Of a stretch of 64,000 nucleotides of DNA, positions 28,104 through 37,532 are shown piece after piece (within the stretch, counting starts at the first letter, position 1; each line of letters opens with the position of its first letter). A program made the translations under genes and the position numbers. Origin of the DNA: an uncultured Candidatus Poseidoniales archaeon (GTDB lineage Archaea; Thermoplasmatota; Poseidoniia; Poseidoniales; Thalassarchaeaceae); the NCBI GenBank assembly GCA_964570065.1, contig CAZMVZ010000003.1, positions 7,512-71,511 on the forward strand, written 5' to 3'. The notes beneath the pieces were generated by a model, which worked only from the letters and a program-made list of their open reading frames with translations, was not told the DNA's origin and ran no database searches.

Positions 28104-29096
28104 TTAACCCTCCAAATCTTGCAGTATTTCAGATACCTTCTCTTCCGCACCATCAGCGCCTTCAGCGACCATTCTTCTCGCAAGAAAGAAAGCCTCTGTT
28201 GTTTTACCATCGGCCCTCAGCCTTTCAATCTTTGAGAACGGATCACGTTCATCATCCTCAAAGATTTCTCCAATCTCCGCGTATTGATCTGTTTTCGTTA
28301 GATTACCAAGCTTATCGAGAAAGGCAGCCCTATCCGAGATAGAGGGCGCTATCCAGGGGCCACCCTCACCGCCTCCTACAATCGACTCCATTCTGGACTT
28401 GAACCGCTCTATTGCTGTCGAATCGGGAAAAACACTCTTCGCCTGGTCATAACAAAGCCAGGCTTCGTCGTGCTGACCCCTTCTCTCATACATCATGCCC
28501 AATTCTTCCCACGCTTCGTGATTAATTGGCCTCTGTGAGAGAAGTATTCTCGTCAATTCAAGAAATAAATCTTCGAAACCACCCCTCCTGACTCTCTCAA
28601 GCCTTCTGGAGAATAGGATATTTGCTCTCTGATCGGAAACGTCAAGTCCTTTCAGCCTTTCAGAAAATGAGTCCATTCCGTCGGGTTCCCTGCTGATTTT
28701 ATCCCACCAATTGTCTGGGTCTAGTGGATCATTGGAGAAAGCCGCATGCAACAACCCTTCACACGAGTCTATGATGTCACGGTCCGCCAATTGCTCCATT
28801 AAATCAGGATCCCGCCCTAGGACCGAAAAGAGATCTGCTAGGACGGCCCTAGCTCCTTCGGAATCACGCATCAATACTTTGATTTTGATCAAAACTTCCC
28901 AATTTTCCTCATTCGTGAAGTCGTAGAGGACGCTTTGTTTGGCGCTCTGTTCTGCCCATGAGAGATTTTTGTCGTTTCCTTTCATTATTCTAAGGAACTT
29001 TTCAGCCTGACTCCTGTATCTGTTTCCCAGACTCCTACGGGGATGTTGAAGTGACTCTGATAGAAAACCATCTTCGCGCATTAGCCCCTCTCTCAT
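28104..29096 (-). CDS. TPR-like repeat protein, hypothetical
   Basis: It has a TPR-like segment (HEAWEELGMMYERRGQHDEAWLCYDQAKSVFPD). It is ATGA-coupled to the upstream UbiD-family gene and lies 2 nt before the Nudix gene. Confidence 0.5.
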   Translation of the reverse strand: MREGLMREDGFLSESLQHPRRSLGNRYRSQAEKFLRIMKGNDKNLSWAEQSAKQSVLYDFTNEENWEVLIKIKVLMRDSEGARAVLADLFSVLGRDPDLMEQLADRDIIDSCEGLLHAAFSNDPLDPDNWWDKISREPDGMDSFSERLKGLDVSDQRANILFSRRLERVRRGGFEDLFLELTRILLSQRPINHEAWEELGMMYERRGQHDEAWLCYDQAKSVFPDSTAIERFKSRMESIVGGGEGGPWIAPSISDRAAFLDKLGNLTKTDQYAEIGEIFEDDERDPFSKIERLRADGKTTEAFFLARRMVAEGADGAEEKVSEILQDLEG

Positions 29097-30364
29097 AGAA
29101 CAGACTCGAATGGCGAACGATCAATCCCCGGCTCTATGGTTGCATCGATGCCAATTTTGCTCGTTGTGCCATCTGAAGAACGACTTGGGTCCAAACTAGA
29201 GCCCTTTTGGCTTGAAAGAATTAGAGTGTCCCTATCCGGCTGCCATCGAGTCATCAAGGCCCACTCTACCCTTGATGAATCGGTTACATCAATGTCATTG
29301 TCAACCACAATGACCTGCTTCATTGATTTATGGCCATCTAATGCTGCCATAATGGCCTTCATACCATCGCCACTTTCCTCCGGAATAATCTGGACAACAG
29401 ATGACAACCATCCACTGCCACCATCTGTCAGATATACGTCAGTACAGGTCACTACTTCCGATACTGCTGTTTTGATGGTTGGAGCCCTGGGCATCCCCAT
29501 CAGAGTCATATGTTCTACTCCGGCCGGAATAAGTGCATGGAAAATTGGGTCATTCCTGTGGTGAATCTTGTCGTACTCGATAACTGGCTCAAGTCTAATG
29601 TCATCAACTGTTCCCGTAATATCCACATAAGGCCCCTCTTCTCCTGTGGAAGTTGTTATTCTCGCCTCCATGGCATATTCTGAAATTGCCGGGACAACAA
29701 CGCCGTTTGAAAGCTCCACAACTTCCAATTGGGAGTCATACAACCTTTCGTGAAGCGCTGCAGCAACTCTCAATTCGTCGAGTGGTTCGTCAAATGACAT
29801 TGCTGCTGCCAGGAGGACCACTGGATCGGGACCATTGACAACAGCAATGGGCACCTCATCATTTTTCTCCTGAGCATTATTTACCATTGTTCTCAGATGT
29901 CTGGGGACCAGTCTAACACAAGTGGTGCTCTCATCTTTGACTAATTGCCTATGGAAGGAAGTGTTCCGTAATCCCCCATATTGTGCTATGATAATGGAAG
30001 CTGACTGATACCTGCCCCCATCTTCTCTATAGTGCCAAGGAATTGGAATCCGCAATAAATCCGGAACATCCATGGTATTCTCCAATACAGACGAGTTCTC
30101 CCTTTCTATGAGGACCGGATCAGAGGGATTCTCCATCGCCCAAGAGAGTATGTCTATCAGTTCTCCAGGTTGTACTTCGAATGCTTCGCAAAGCCTCTGA
30201 CGAGTAAGTATGTTCATCGCAGCCCTGTGCCCGGGAGACTCAATAATCTCATTGAATAGGATAGGTTCGTTTCCCGATGTTTCAGACTCCTCTTTCATGT
30301 CAAAATTTACGCTCACCGGGACGTCACTTACTCGACTTCCATCGACAAGTTCCCTGAATCCCAT
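29093..30364 (-). CDS. UbiD-family (prFMN-dependent) decarboxylase
   Basis: EDGGRYQSASIIIAQYGGLRNTSFHRQLV and GEEGPYVDITG match the UbiD blocks (DGGPFIT...RN.G.YR; EGPFGE.TGYY). Confidence 0.75.
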   Translation of the reverse strand: MGFRELVDGSRVSDVPVSVNFDMKEESETSGNEPILFNEIIESPGHRAAMNILTRQRLCEAFEVQPGELIDILSWAMENPSDPVLIERENSSVLENTMDVPDLLRIPIPWHYREDGGRYQSASIIIAQYGGLRNTSFHRQLVKDESTTCVRLVPRHLRTMVNNAQEKNDEVPIAVVNGPDPVVLLAAAMSFDEPLDELRVAAALHERLYDSQLEVVELSNGVVVPAISEYAMEARITTSTGEEGPYVDITGTVDDIRLEPVIEYDKIHHRNDPIFHALIPAGVEHMTLMGMPRAPTIKTAVSEVVTCTDVYLTDGGSGWLSSVVQIIPEESGDGMKAIMAALDGHKSMKQVIVVDNDIDVTDSSRVEWALMTRWQPDRDTLILSSQKGSSLDPSRSSDGTTSKIGIDATIEPGIDRSPFESVL

Positions 30365-30454
30365 ACTATCTTCCGGAAAACTACGCCGCTTGAATGTTAG
30401 GCTTCCAAAATTGTCTACAGTGCAAATATGCTGGATGTCTCACCCGTCAGTCTC

Positions 30455-30460
30455 ATAAAT
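30455..30460 (+). promoter_or_regulatory. TATA-like ATAAAT upstream of the S12-S7-aEF2 cluster
   Basis: ATAAAT lies in the 135-nt intergenic region, about 40 nt before the S12 start. Confidence 0.3.
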
Positions 30461-30488
30461 GGACGGCAGGTCGCCGAGCCGTCATTTT

Positions 30489-30494
30489 GAGGTG
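30489..30494 (+). promoter_or_regulatory. Shine-Dalgarno GAGGTG for rps12
   Basis: GAGGTG lies 5 nt before the TTG start at 30500. The conserved S12 N-terminus ([17 protein letters not shown]) requires that start. Confidence 0.4.
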
Positions 30495-30499
30495 TATGC

Positions 30500-30940
30500 T
30501 TGGGACGAGGCCTATTCTCCGGTTCGAAGATGAAGTCAGATCGTAAGAGGTACAGGTGGAAGGAGAGGAAGTTTCGTAACAGGCAAGCCAAGCGAAAGCA
30601 AGGAGGAGTTCTGAAGCATGATCCTCTTCGCGGAAGCCCTCAGGCCAAGGGTATTGTGATTGAGAAGGTTGGTTTCGAGGCTAAGCAACCCAACTCAGCA
30701 ATCAGGAAGGCAGTGAAGATTAGCCTGATTAGGACAGGCAACAGACTCACTGCATTCGCCCCTGGAGACGGCGCAATCTCGTTTATCGACGAACACGACG
30801 AAGTTATGGTCGAAGGTATCGGTGGAAGTAAAGGACGTTCATATGGCGATCTACCTGGTGTTAGGTACAAGGTGATCAAGGTCAATGGCGTTTCACTAGA
30901 TGAAATGGTAAGGGGACGCAAGGAGAAACCAGTACGCTGA
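30500..30940 (+). CDS. rps12: ribosomal protein S12 (uS12)
   Basis: Matching blocks are [27 protein letters not shown] and [15 protein letters not shown]. Confidence 0.92.
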   Translation: MGRGLFSGSKMKSDRKRYRWKERKFRNRQAKRKQGGVLKHDPLRGSPQAKGIVIEKVGFEAKQPNSAIRKAVKISLIRTGNRLTAFAPGDGAISFIDEHDEVMVEGIGGSKGRSYGDLPGVRYKVIKVNGVSLDEMVRGRKEKPVR

Positions 30941-30951
30941 GGTGATTTCTA

Positions 30952-31572
30952 ATGGATGATTCAGAGGAAATTGACCAGTCTGAGAACTCAGAGGCACCCA
31001 TTGCAGGAATTGGTACAATGGTATTTGGCAAATGGGATGCTAGTGAGGTAGTTTGTAGCGATCCGGGCATTTCTAGATATGTCAATCTGAAGATGATAGG
31101 GGCTCCTCACACGGGAGGTCGACATGCCAACGCATGGTTTGGCAAGCAAGACCTTTCCGTTACTGAGCGCTTCATTAACAACTTGATGAGATCAGGAAAG
31201 TACAGTGGAAAGAAGCAATATTGTGCGAAATCACTGGACGAGGCATTTGATCGAATCAATGCTAAGAGTGGTAATAACCCACTCCAGACTTTCATCGATG
31301 CAATCACAGAGGCAGCGCCTTGTGAAGAGACGACAAGAGTAAGAATTGGGGCAGTCAGCCAGCCAAAAGCAGTCGACTCGTCTCCGAGCAGAAGGCTCGA
31401 CGTCGCACTACGGAATCTTGCCATTGGCGCTGCATCTGCAACAATGAAGAGCAAGAAATCCCTTACCGAGGGCATCATTTCAGAGATTACGAAGGCATCA
31501 GACGGCGATGTCAATTCCTTCGCAGTTGGGAAGAGGCACGAAGTAGAGAGGATTGCCGCCTCAGCCCGATGA
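30952..31572 (+). CDS. rps7: ribosomal protein S7 (uS7)
   Basis: MVFGKWDASEVVCSDPGISRYVNL, FINNLMRSGKYSGKK and the conserved S12-S7-EF2 gene order support the call. Confidence 0.9.
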   Translation: MDDSEEIDQSENSEAPIAGIGTMVFGKWDASEVVCSDPGISRYVNLKMIGAPHTGGRHANAWFGKQDLSVTERFINNLMRSGKYSGKKQYCAKSLDEAFDRINAKSGNNPLQTFIDAITEAAPCEETTRVRIGAVSQPKAVDSSPSRRLDVALRNLAIGAASATMKSKKSLTEGIISEITKASDGDVNSFAVGKRHEVERIAASAR

Positions 31573-31663
31573 TTAAAATTGTGCCACATTTATCCTATTC
31601 CCCGAAACTGCTCAATTGTCTTTATGAACCGTTTTCAGGTCGGAAAAATTACTGGATGAGAAT

Positions 31664-33871
31664 ATGGGTCGTAAGGAAGACAACATCAAGCGCGCTACAG
31701 AGGTAATGCACATTCGCGAGCGGATACGGAATCTAGCCATCGCTGCCCACATTGATCATGGGAAGACTACCCTATCAGACAACTTGATCGCCGGGGCAGG
31801 AATGATGTCAGAGGAGCTTGCTGGTAAGTCTCGAGTATTGGACTTCGATGACCAAGAAAGCGCCAGGGGAATCACAATCAATGCAGCCAGCGCATCTATG
31901 GTCCACGGAGTGAATGGTGAGGATTACCTGATCAATCTTATTGACACCCCCGGACACGTAGATTTCGGTGGAGATGTAACCCGAGCAATGAGGGCTGTAG
32001 ATGGGTGCATAATTCTCACCTGTGCCGTAGAGGGGGCAATGCCACAAACCGAGACTGTTGTTCGTCAGGCACTGAAGGAGAAGGTACGACCTGTCCTATT
32101 CATCAATAAAGTAGACCGTCTTATCAACGAGCTCCAAGTTACTCCAGAGGATATGATGGCTAGGTTCCAAGAGCAGATAAAGAAGGTTAACAATCTAATC
32201 AGGACCTTTGCGCCCGAACAGCACAAGTCGGATTGGCAAGTTGACGTAGCCAAGGGCACAGTTGCCTTCGGGTCGGCATATCACAATTGGGGGATAACCG
32301 TCCCATTTATGCAGAAGACTGGGGTCAATTTCACTCAAATTTTCGAGTATTGCAACAATGACCAACAGAAGGATCTTGCTAAGAAGGCTCCAGTACACGA
32401 AGTTTTACTTGATATGGCCGTGGAAAAGCTACCCTCTCCATTGATTGCTCAGGAATACAGGATTCCGAATATATGGCAGGGGGATCTTGATTCCGAAGTA
32501 GGAAAGACAATGATCAATTGTGATGCAGATGGGCCTCTATCTCTGATGATAACGAAGATTTGGATGGACCCACATGCGGGTGAGGTAGCTGTTGGCAGGG
32601 TTTACTCCGGCACCATCAAGCAGGGTGAGACCGTATGGGCTAGCGGAGCTGGCAAGGCCGAGCGTGTACAGCAGGTCAGCATGATGGTAGGTGGAGATAG
32701 GATCCAGGTTCCCGGAGTATCAGCGGGCAATATTGCTGCATTGACTGGAGTCAGGAGCGCAGCGGCCGGTGTTACCATTACAAGGGAAAAGGATGACACT
32801 CCATTCGAGGCAATTCGGCACTACTCAGAACCTGTAGTTACCGTTGCGATCGAGCCTAAATCAATGAAGGATTTGCCAAAATTTATTGGCGCATTACGAG
32901 GTCTGGCCAAAGCAGATGCTTCTCTTTCAGTGGATACAAATCATGAGACGGGCGAGGCACTACTCTCGGGTATGGGGGAGCTACACCTGGAGATCACTAT
33001 TTACCGTCTTGAGGAGGAGCAAGGAATCAAGGTTAACCAGAGTAATCCGATAGTTGTCTACAGAGAGTCAATCGGTAGTGACAACAAGGGCCGAGCTTTC
33101 GAGGGCAAGTCACCCAATCGGCACAATAGATTCTACGTCGAGGTAGAGCAACTTCCTGAGAATGTAATAGTTGCCTTGAGAGAGGGAGACCTAGGAGACG
33201 GACCAGTAAGGACCAAGGATGCAAAGGAAGTCGGAAATAAGTTTGGCGAGCTCGGAATGGACAAGGACCTAATGCGGAAGATATACGCCATAAATGCCAC
33301 AACTGTACTAGTAAACGACACAAAGGGCATACAGAACCTCCATGAAACAAGGGAATTGATTATTGAGGCATTCAACGATGTATGCAAAAAGGGACCAATA
33401 GCCGATGAACCTCTAACAGGGGTTCTGGTCAGACTAGTGGATGCCAAGTTACACGAGGACGCTATCCACAGGGGCCCAGCACAGACAATACCAGCAGTAA
33501 GGAATTCAATCAAGGGTGCGCTTCTTAGGGCTAACTCAGTGCTCTTCGAACCAATTCAGAAGATTAGAATCGATGCCCCCACAGAGTGGGCAGGGGGGAT
33601 TACCCGGCAATTAATCACTCGAAGAGGCGTAATTGAAGACATGCCGGTCGAAAACGATGTAACTTGTGTGATCGGTAAGATGCCAGTAGCCGAATCTTTC
33701 GGATTCTCCAATGACATTCGAGCTGCAACTCAAGGTAGGGCAGTATGGAATACTGAGAATGCCGGCTATGATCAGGTCCCTCCCGAACTCTTTCACAAGA
33801 TTGTTGGCGAAATTAGACAGAGGAAGGGCCTCAAAGAAGAGATTCCAGGTGAGTCTCAATACACTGATTGA
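31664..33871 (+). CDS. fusA: translation elongation factor aEF-2
   Basis: IRNLAIAAHIDHGKTTLSDNLI, DTPGHVDF, and the diphthamide-site block HEDAIHRGPAQ are present. Confidence 0.95.
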   Translation: MGRKEDNIKRATEVMHIRERIRNLAIAAHIDHGKTTLSDNLIAGAGMMSEELAGKSRVLDFDDQESARGITINAASASMVHGVNGEDYLINLIDTPGHVDFGGDVTRAMRAVDGCIILTCAVEGAMPQTETVVRQALKEKVRPVLFINKVDRLINELQVTPEDMMARFQEQIKKVNNLIRTFAPEQHKSDWQVDVAKGTVAFGSAYHNWGITVPFMQKTGVNFTQIFEYCNNDQQKDLAKKAPVHEVLLDMAVEKLPSPLIAQEYRIPNIWQGDLDSEVGKTMINCDADGPLSLMITKIWMDPHAGEVAVGRVYSGTIKQGETVWASGAGKAERVQQVSMMVGGDRIQVPGVSAGNIAALTGVRSAAAGVTITREKDDTPFEAIRHYSEPVVTVAIEPKSMKDLPKFIGALRGLAKADASLSVDTNHETGEALLSGMGELHLEITIYRLEEEQGIKVNQSNPIVVYRESIGSDNKGRAFEGKSPNRHNRFYVEVEQLPENVIVALREGDLGDGPVRTKDAKEVGNKFGELGMDKDLMRKIYAINATTVLVNDTKGIQNLHETRELIIEAFNDVCKKGPIADEPLTGVLVRLVDAKLHEDAIHRGPAQTIPAVRNSIKGALLRANSVLFEPIQKIRIDAPTEWAGGITRQLITRRGVIEDMPVENDVTCVIGKMPVAESFGFSNDIRAATQGRAVWNTENAGYDQVPPELFHKIVGEIRQRKGLKEEIPGESQYTD

Positions 33872-35599
33872 TTAACTGATTCTAATCAATTGGAAGTCAG
33901 TCAACTCCCTAAGAATCTCAACTGCTTGCGTGCTAGGCAGATTGTCCAAGCAATCGTGCGCCAACGAATGGTGATGCATAGCCCTGCTTCTTGCGTACTC
34001 TATTGATCCCGAGCTCCCCAATTCCAATACTGCCTTGGATAATGAATCTCCATCGGGATCACCAGAACCAAACACTCTTTCGAAATGCGGTAAATCATCG
34101 CCAGTCCGCTTTGCATGAATTGCTATCAGTGTCATCTTTCCTTGAACTATGTCGGATCCTGCGGGCTTCCCTAGAGTCTCCGTGTCCCCAGTGATGTCGA
34201 TTAGGTCGTCCATCAATTGGAAGCATAATCCTAGATTTAAGCCCCATTCTGCCATGTTTTCTACAGTCTCTTCATCCGCATTGGCTAGTATTGCTCCTGT
34301 TCTGGCGCAGGTCTCGAACATAGCACTAGTCTTTCCTGCGATCATTTCTATGTAGTCTTGTTCGGAGACCTCGTCACGGCTCTCAAATTCTATGTCCTCT
34401 TGCTGGCCCTCTGCAACCTTCCTAACCATCTCACCAATCGAACGAATAAGGTGGCTGAGCCGATTGTCTGGGATGTCTTCTGACTCTGCCAGTATTTCGA
34501 ATCCAACAGCCAACATTGCATCTCCAGCGTTTATTGCCGTGGCATCGTCGTATTCGACATGGACAGCATCAAGCCCCCTCCTAATTGGATCCTGGTCAAT
34601 TATATCATCATGAATTAAGGTAAAGTTATGGATAATTTCTATCGATGCACCTAGTGTATAATGACCATCATTTCCACCTCCTACAGCCTCTCCTACGAGT
34701 CTTGGCAAAATCGCCCTAAGCCTCTTACCACCTCCTTTGAACAGGTGCGTCATCGCTCCATGGAGGTTTTTCTGCTCCATCTTTCCTAGACTATCCATTA
34801 TCTCCCCCTCTACCCTGTCGCGATGGTCAGACAGAGCATCTAGCAGCGTCTGTCCCGGATTAACTGATTCTCCATCCATGTCTACTTCTCCACAGTAGAT
34901 TATACTCTCATTTATCGAACTTGCCATGGCATTTGGGTCGCAATCGTGGGGGATAGCAAATTTCTCCCAGATCAATCTGAACCAAGGGGCAATCACTTCA
35001 TCCCCCCAGTCTCCATCGCCTTCCATCATTCTGCTAATTTCTAATGAATCCGCCCAGAGAACATCTGAGATTTCATTTTCATTATGATTTACTTCAGTAT
35101 CGGCCTGAACTACCATGATGTGATCTATTTCCCTCTCTATCCAATCATTATCCCACCTGCAAGAATATTCCATTCTCCCAATGTGGCGGAAAGACCAAGT
35201 TTCAGTAATCCCCACCGGAATTCCAAGCTCTTGCTCTAATTTTCTCCTAGCGGCATTCTCAACTCCATTCGAACCCACATTTTCTGACACTATATCCAGA
35301 GGGTGACTACAGCAGCTGTTTGCCCATACTCCTGGGAATGTAATCTTCTCAGAAGATCTTTTCTGAACCAAAAGCCGTCCCAGTGAATCAAAAATTAGTA
35401 CACTGAAGGCCCGATGCCTAATTCCACCATCCTTGTGACAGACAAGTTTTGTCTCAGCACCAATGATTTTGTCATCACTATCTACAACTAGGCACATCTC
35501 ATCCATCATCCCTGCCTGAATCGAATCATGGTCTCCCACCTCGCCGATTTCAGGGGCCATTAAACTACATGGGGCAGAGTGGTGTATATGAAGACTCAA
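33872..35599 (-). CDS. fusion protein: type-1 isopentenyl-diphosphate isomerase (Nudix-type IDI) plus geranylgeranyl/polyprenyl diphosphate synthase
   Basis: The N-terminal half has HRAFSVLIFDSLGRLLVQKRSSEKITFPGVWANSCCSHP (IDI-1). The C-terminal half has LIHDDIIDQD (FARM) and FQLMDDLIDITGD (SARM). The exact start is uncertain: a TTG overlaps the ipk stop, or one of several Met codons up to MMDEMCLVV could be used. Confidence 0.85.
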   Translation of the reverse strand: MSLHIHHSAPCSLMAPEIGEVGDHDSIQAGMMDEMCLVVDSDDKIIGAETKLVCHKDGGIRHRAFSVLIFDSLGRLLVQKRSSEKITFPGVWANSCCSHPLDIVSENVGSNGVENAARRKLEQELGIPVGITETWSFRHIGRMEYSCRWDNDWIEREIDHIMVVQADTEVNHNENEISDVLWADSLEISRMMEGDGDWGDEVIAPWFRLIWEKFAIPHDCDPNAMASSINESIIYCGEVDMDGESVNPGQTLLDALSDHRDRVEGEIMDSLGKMEQKNLHGAMTHLFKGGGKRLRAILPRLVGEAVGGGNDGHYTLGASIEIIHNFTLIHDDIIDQDPIRRGLDAVHVEYDDATAINAGDAMLAVGFEILAESEDIPDNRLSHLIRSIGEMVRKVAEGQQEDIEFESRDEVSEQDYIEMIAGKTSAMFETCARTGAILANADEETVENMAEWGLNLGLCFQLMDDLIDITGDTETLGKPAGSDIVQGKMTLIAIHAKRTGDDLPHFERVFGSGDPDGDSLSKAVLELGSSGSIEYARSRAMHHHSLAHDCLDNLPSTQAVEILRELTDFQLIRIS

Positions 35600-36390
35600 C
35601 CGCTCAGAATCTTAGTCCCTATTGTTTCTCCAGATGTCAATAATTCAAGAACCCTGTCTGGTTTTCTACCATCAATAATCCATACTTCGTCGACGACCCT
35701 TGCAATCTCAAGAGACCTTTCAATTTTCAATCCAATCCCTCCAGTGACGTCGACATTGGCATCATGCTCTCCCTTTATTTCCGTATCGGGGCCCAAATGC
35801 GTAATCAATTCTGAATCCTTTTCACCAGGGGGTCCACTCAAAACACCCTCAGAATCTCCAATCAGAAAAATGCTGTGCGTGACTTCCAATTCAGTTGACA
35901 AACGTAGCATCAAATCATCTCCTGACAATATCCCGAACTCAGACTCATCACCAGTACCAACAACGTCACCGAATGTTACTGGGATTGGTTCTCCGGGCCC
36001 TCTTTCGAAGATTGAAATTTCACCCGAGAATCGGGCTCCGGTCCCCTTAGCCCAGTCTGATGGTGGGTGGCAACTGCATTCCAACCCTTTTTCTGAGAAT
36101 TTTCCCATGATCAGTTTATTCAATTCCCTCATGTCTGATCGAATTTCTCTAACTGCTTCCCACTGGTCCTTCACTTCGCGAATATTCAATCCATCTGCAA
36201 TTCCCCATTTCTTTGCGAGAAGATGTCCAAACGAGCCAGCCCCATGAACCAGAACAATTGAAGCTCCAAGTTCTGAAACAGAACATAGCGTCTCTACCAC
36301 TAATTCCACTGCTTTATGATCGAATTTCTTCATCTTGCCCTTATCAGTAATTAGGCCCCCGCCTAATTTTATCACCACTCTGATTGCCAT
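35596..36390 (-). CDS. ipk: isopentenyl phosphate kinase
   Basis: MAIRVVIKLGGGLITDKG and VHGAGSFGH fit the amino-acid-kinase fold IPK signature. The start is set at the Met preceding the conserved VIKLGG. Confidence 0.85.
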   Translation of the reverse strand: MAIRVVIKLGGGLITDKGKMKKFDHKAVELVVETLCSVSELGASIVLVHGAGSFGHLLAKKWGIADGLNIREVKDQWEAVREIRSDMRELNKLIMGKFSEKGLECSCHPPSDWAKGTGARFSGEISIFERGPGEPIPVTFGDVVGTGDESEFGILSGDDLMLRLSTELEVTHSIFLIGDSEGVLSGPPGEKDSELITHLGPDTEIKGEHDANVDVTGGIGLKIERSLEIARVVDEVWIIDGRKPDRVLELLTSGETIGTKILSG

Positions 36391-36476
36391 ATGCGACCAA
36401 AGGTCAAGAGCCACGTATTCTAACATTATTGAAATCACGGCATACAGTTTAACGCATAGCGCTCACTGGAAATAAT

Positions 36477-36797
36477 GTGATTGACACAGCCGAACTTGAA
36501 AGGTATCAGAGGTGGCTCCAGTCTGAACTAGCAATCGCAACTTCAATTGAAGACAAAACTGACAGGGACCGTAGGCTACTCCAGATTGAGATTGCTATAT
36601 CTGAGGTTGTTCGTTATCGAGAGGTTCTAAGTAGCCTGGAAAGCACAACTTCTTCACCATTCGTAGAAAGGGACTCGACTGTAAAGGAACAGAGCAATAC
36701 TGACGTAAAACCAGTTACGAAAACCGGAGAGTGCCACTCTTGCGGAGCGGAAAAAATCAGTGACTTGCAGTTCTGTCCAGTTTGTGGTGAGTTCTGA
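36477..36797 (+). CDS. small coiled-coil protein with C-terminal zinc ribbon, hypothetical
   Basis: CHSCGAEKISDLQFCPVCGEF lies at the C-terminus. I recognise no family. Confidence 0.4.
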   Translation: MIDTAELERYQRWLQSELAIATSIEDKTDRDRRLLQIEIAISEVVRYREVLSSLESTTSSPFVERDSTVKEQSNTDVKPVTKTGECHSCGAEKISDLQFCPVCGEF

Positions 36798-37487
36798 TCA
36801 CTCTTCTTCCAACCACGACTCTCTCAGTAACGAGAGCTCTGGATCGTCTTCGTCCACTATGGACAAGTACTCCCCAGCTACGCTGTCCGTGAGGAAAACA
36901 GTCACACCAGCGTGCCAGATTGTTTCTCCAGAGGCCACCATTCTTGCCGTATCTACCTCAATAATTGCAGGGTCATTGTGGTGGAACCTCCCCGCCTCTG
37001 CAGCATATCTGATTGAGGCTGAGAGATGAACGTGGGACCGATCACCGGGACTTATTCCTACTTCAACTAGATTTTCAGCCTCGGCAGGATCGGATGGGTA
37101 GTAAAGCGAATCGGGGATATCATTCGATGGGAGATCCAACTCAATTTCTACAGTGTGCCCGTAAGTAGCCCGCATCATATTCCCGCGGACTTCATACCTC
37201 CCCTTGGTATCAGTTTCAGATATTGCTCTAAGATGATGTGGCCTTAGCCAATGTTGCGGTCTCCGCCCCCCATCTTTGAACTTCCTAACAATATCTCTAA
37301 CGTCTATCCAACCGTTAATGTCCATTTCCAAGTCAAATTTCTCCGGCGCGTGCCTAAGTACAAGTGCCAACTTCCTTGCCATGCCATCTCTTTCTCTGGT
37401 ACTCAAGATGAACTTGCCCTCAGAGTTGCATGCAGGACAAAGATCGTCATCGGAAAAATATCCATGCATCGAGCATTCCCTAATCAT
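36798..37487 (-). CDS. kptA: RNA 2'-phosphotransferase Tpt1/KptA with possible N-terminal Cys/His knuckle
   Basis: ARKLALVLRHAPEKFDLEMDINGWIDV, RYEVRGNMMRATYGHTVEI and SHVHLS are Tpt1 blocks. Candidate starts are 37487 (MIRECSMHGYF...CPAC), 37382 (minimal) and 37529. The ORF-track start 37769 overlaps the thiolase gene. Confidence 0.75.
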   Translation of the reverse strand: MIRECSMHGYFSDDDLCPACNSEGKFILSTRERDGMARKLALVLRHAPEKFDLEMDINGWIDVRDIVRKFKDGGRRPQHWLRPHHLRAISETDTKGRYEVRGNMMRATYGHTVEIELDLPSNDIPDSLYYPSDPAEAENLVEVGISPGDRSHVHLSASIRYAAEAGRFHHNDPAIIEVDTARMVASGETIWHAGVTVFLTDSVAGEYLSIVDEDDPELSLLRESWLEEE

Positions 37488-37532
37488 GTGCGCACCTCGA
37501 TGTGGATTATTCAAGAACCCCACGGTCATTAG

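Noticed and set aside
30462-30483. Hairpin GACGGC-N10-GCCGTC followed by ATTTT, between the TATA-like element and the S12 Shine-Dalgarno sequence. I considered it as an attenuator or ribosomal-protein autoregulatory structure.
   Set aside because: It has only a 6-bp stem, there is no second copy or alternative pairing, and it lies about where transcription would start. The support is insufficient to call it a regulatory RNA element.
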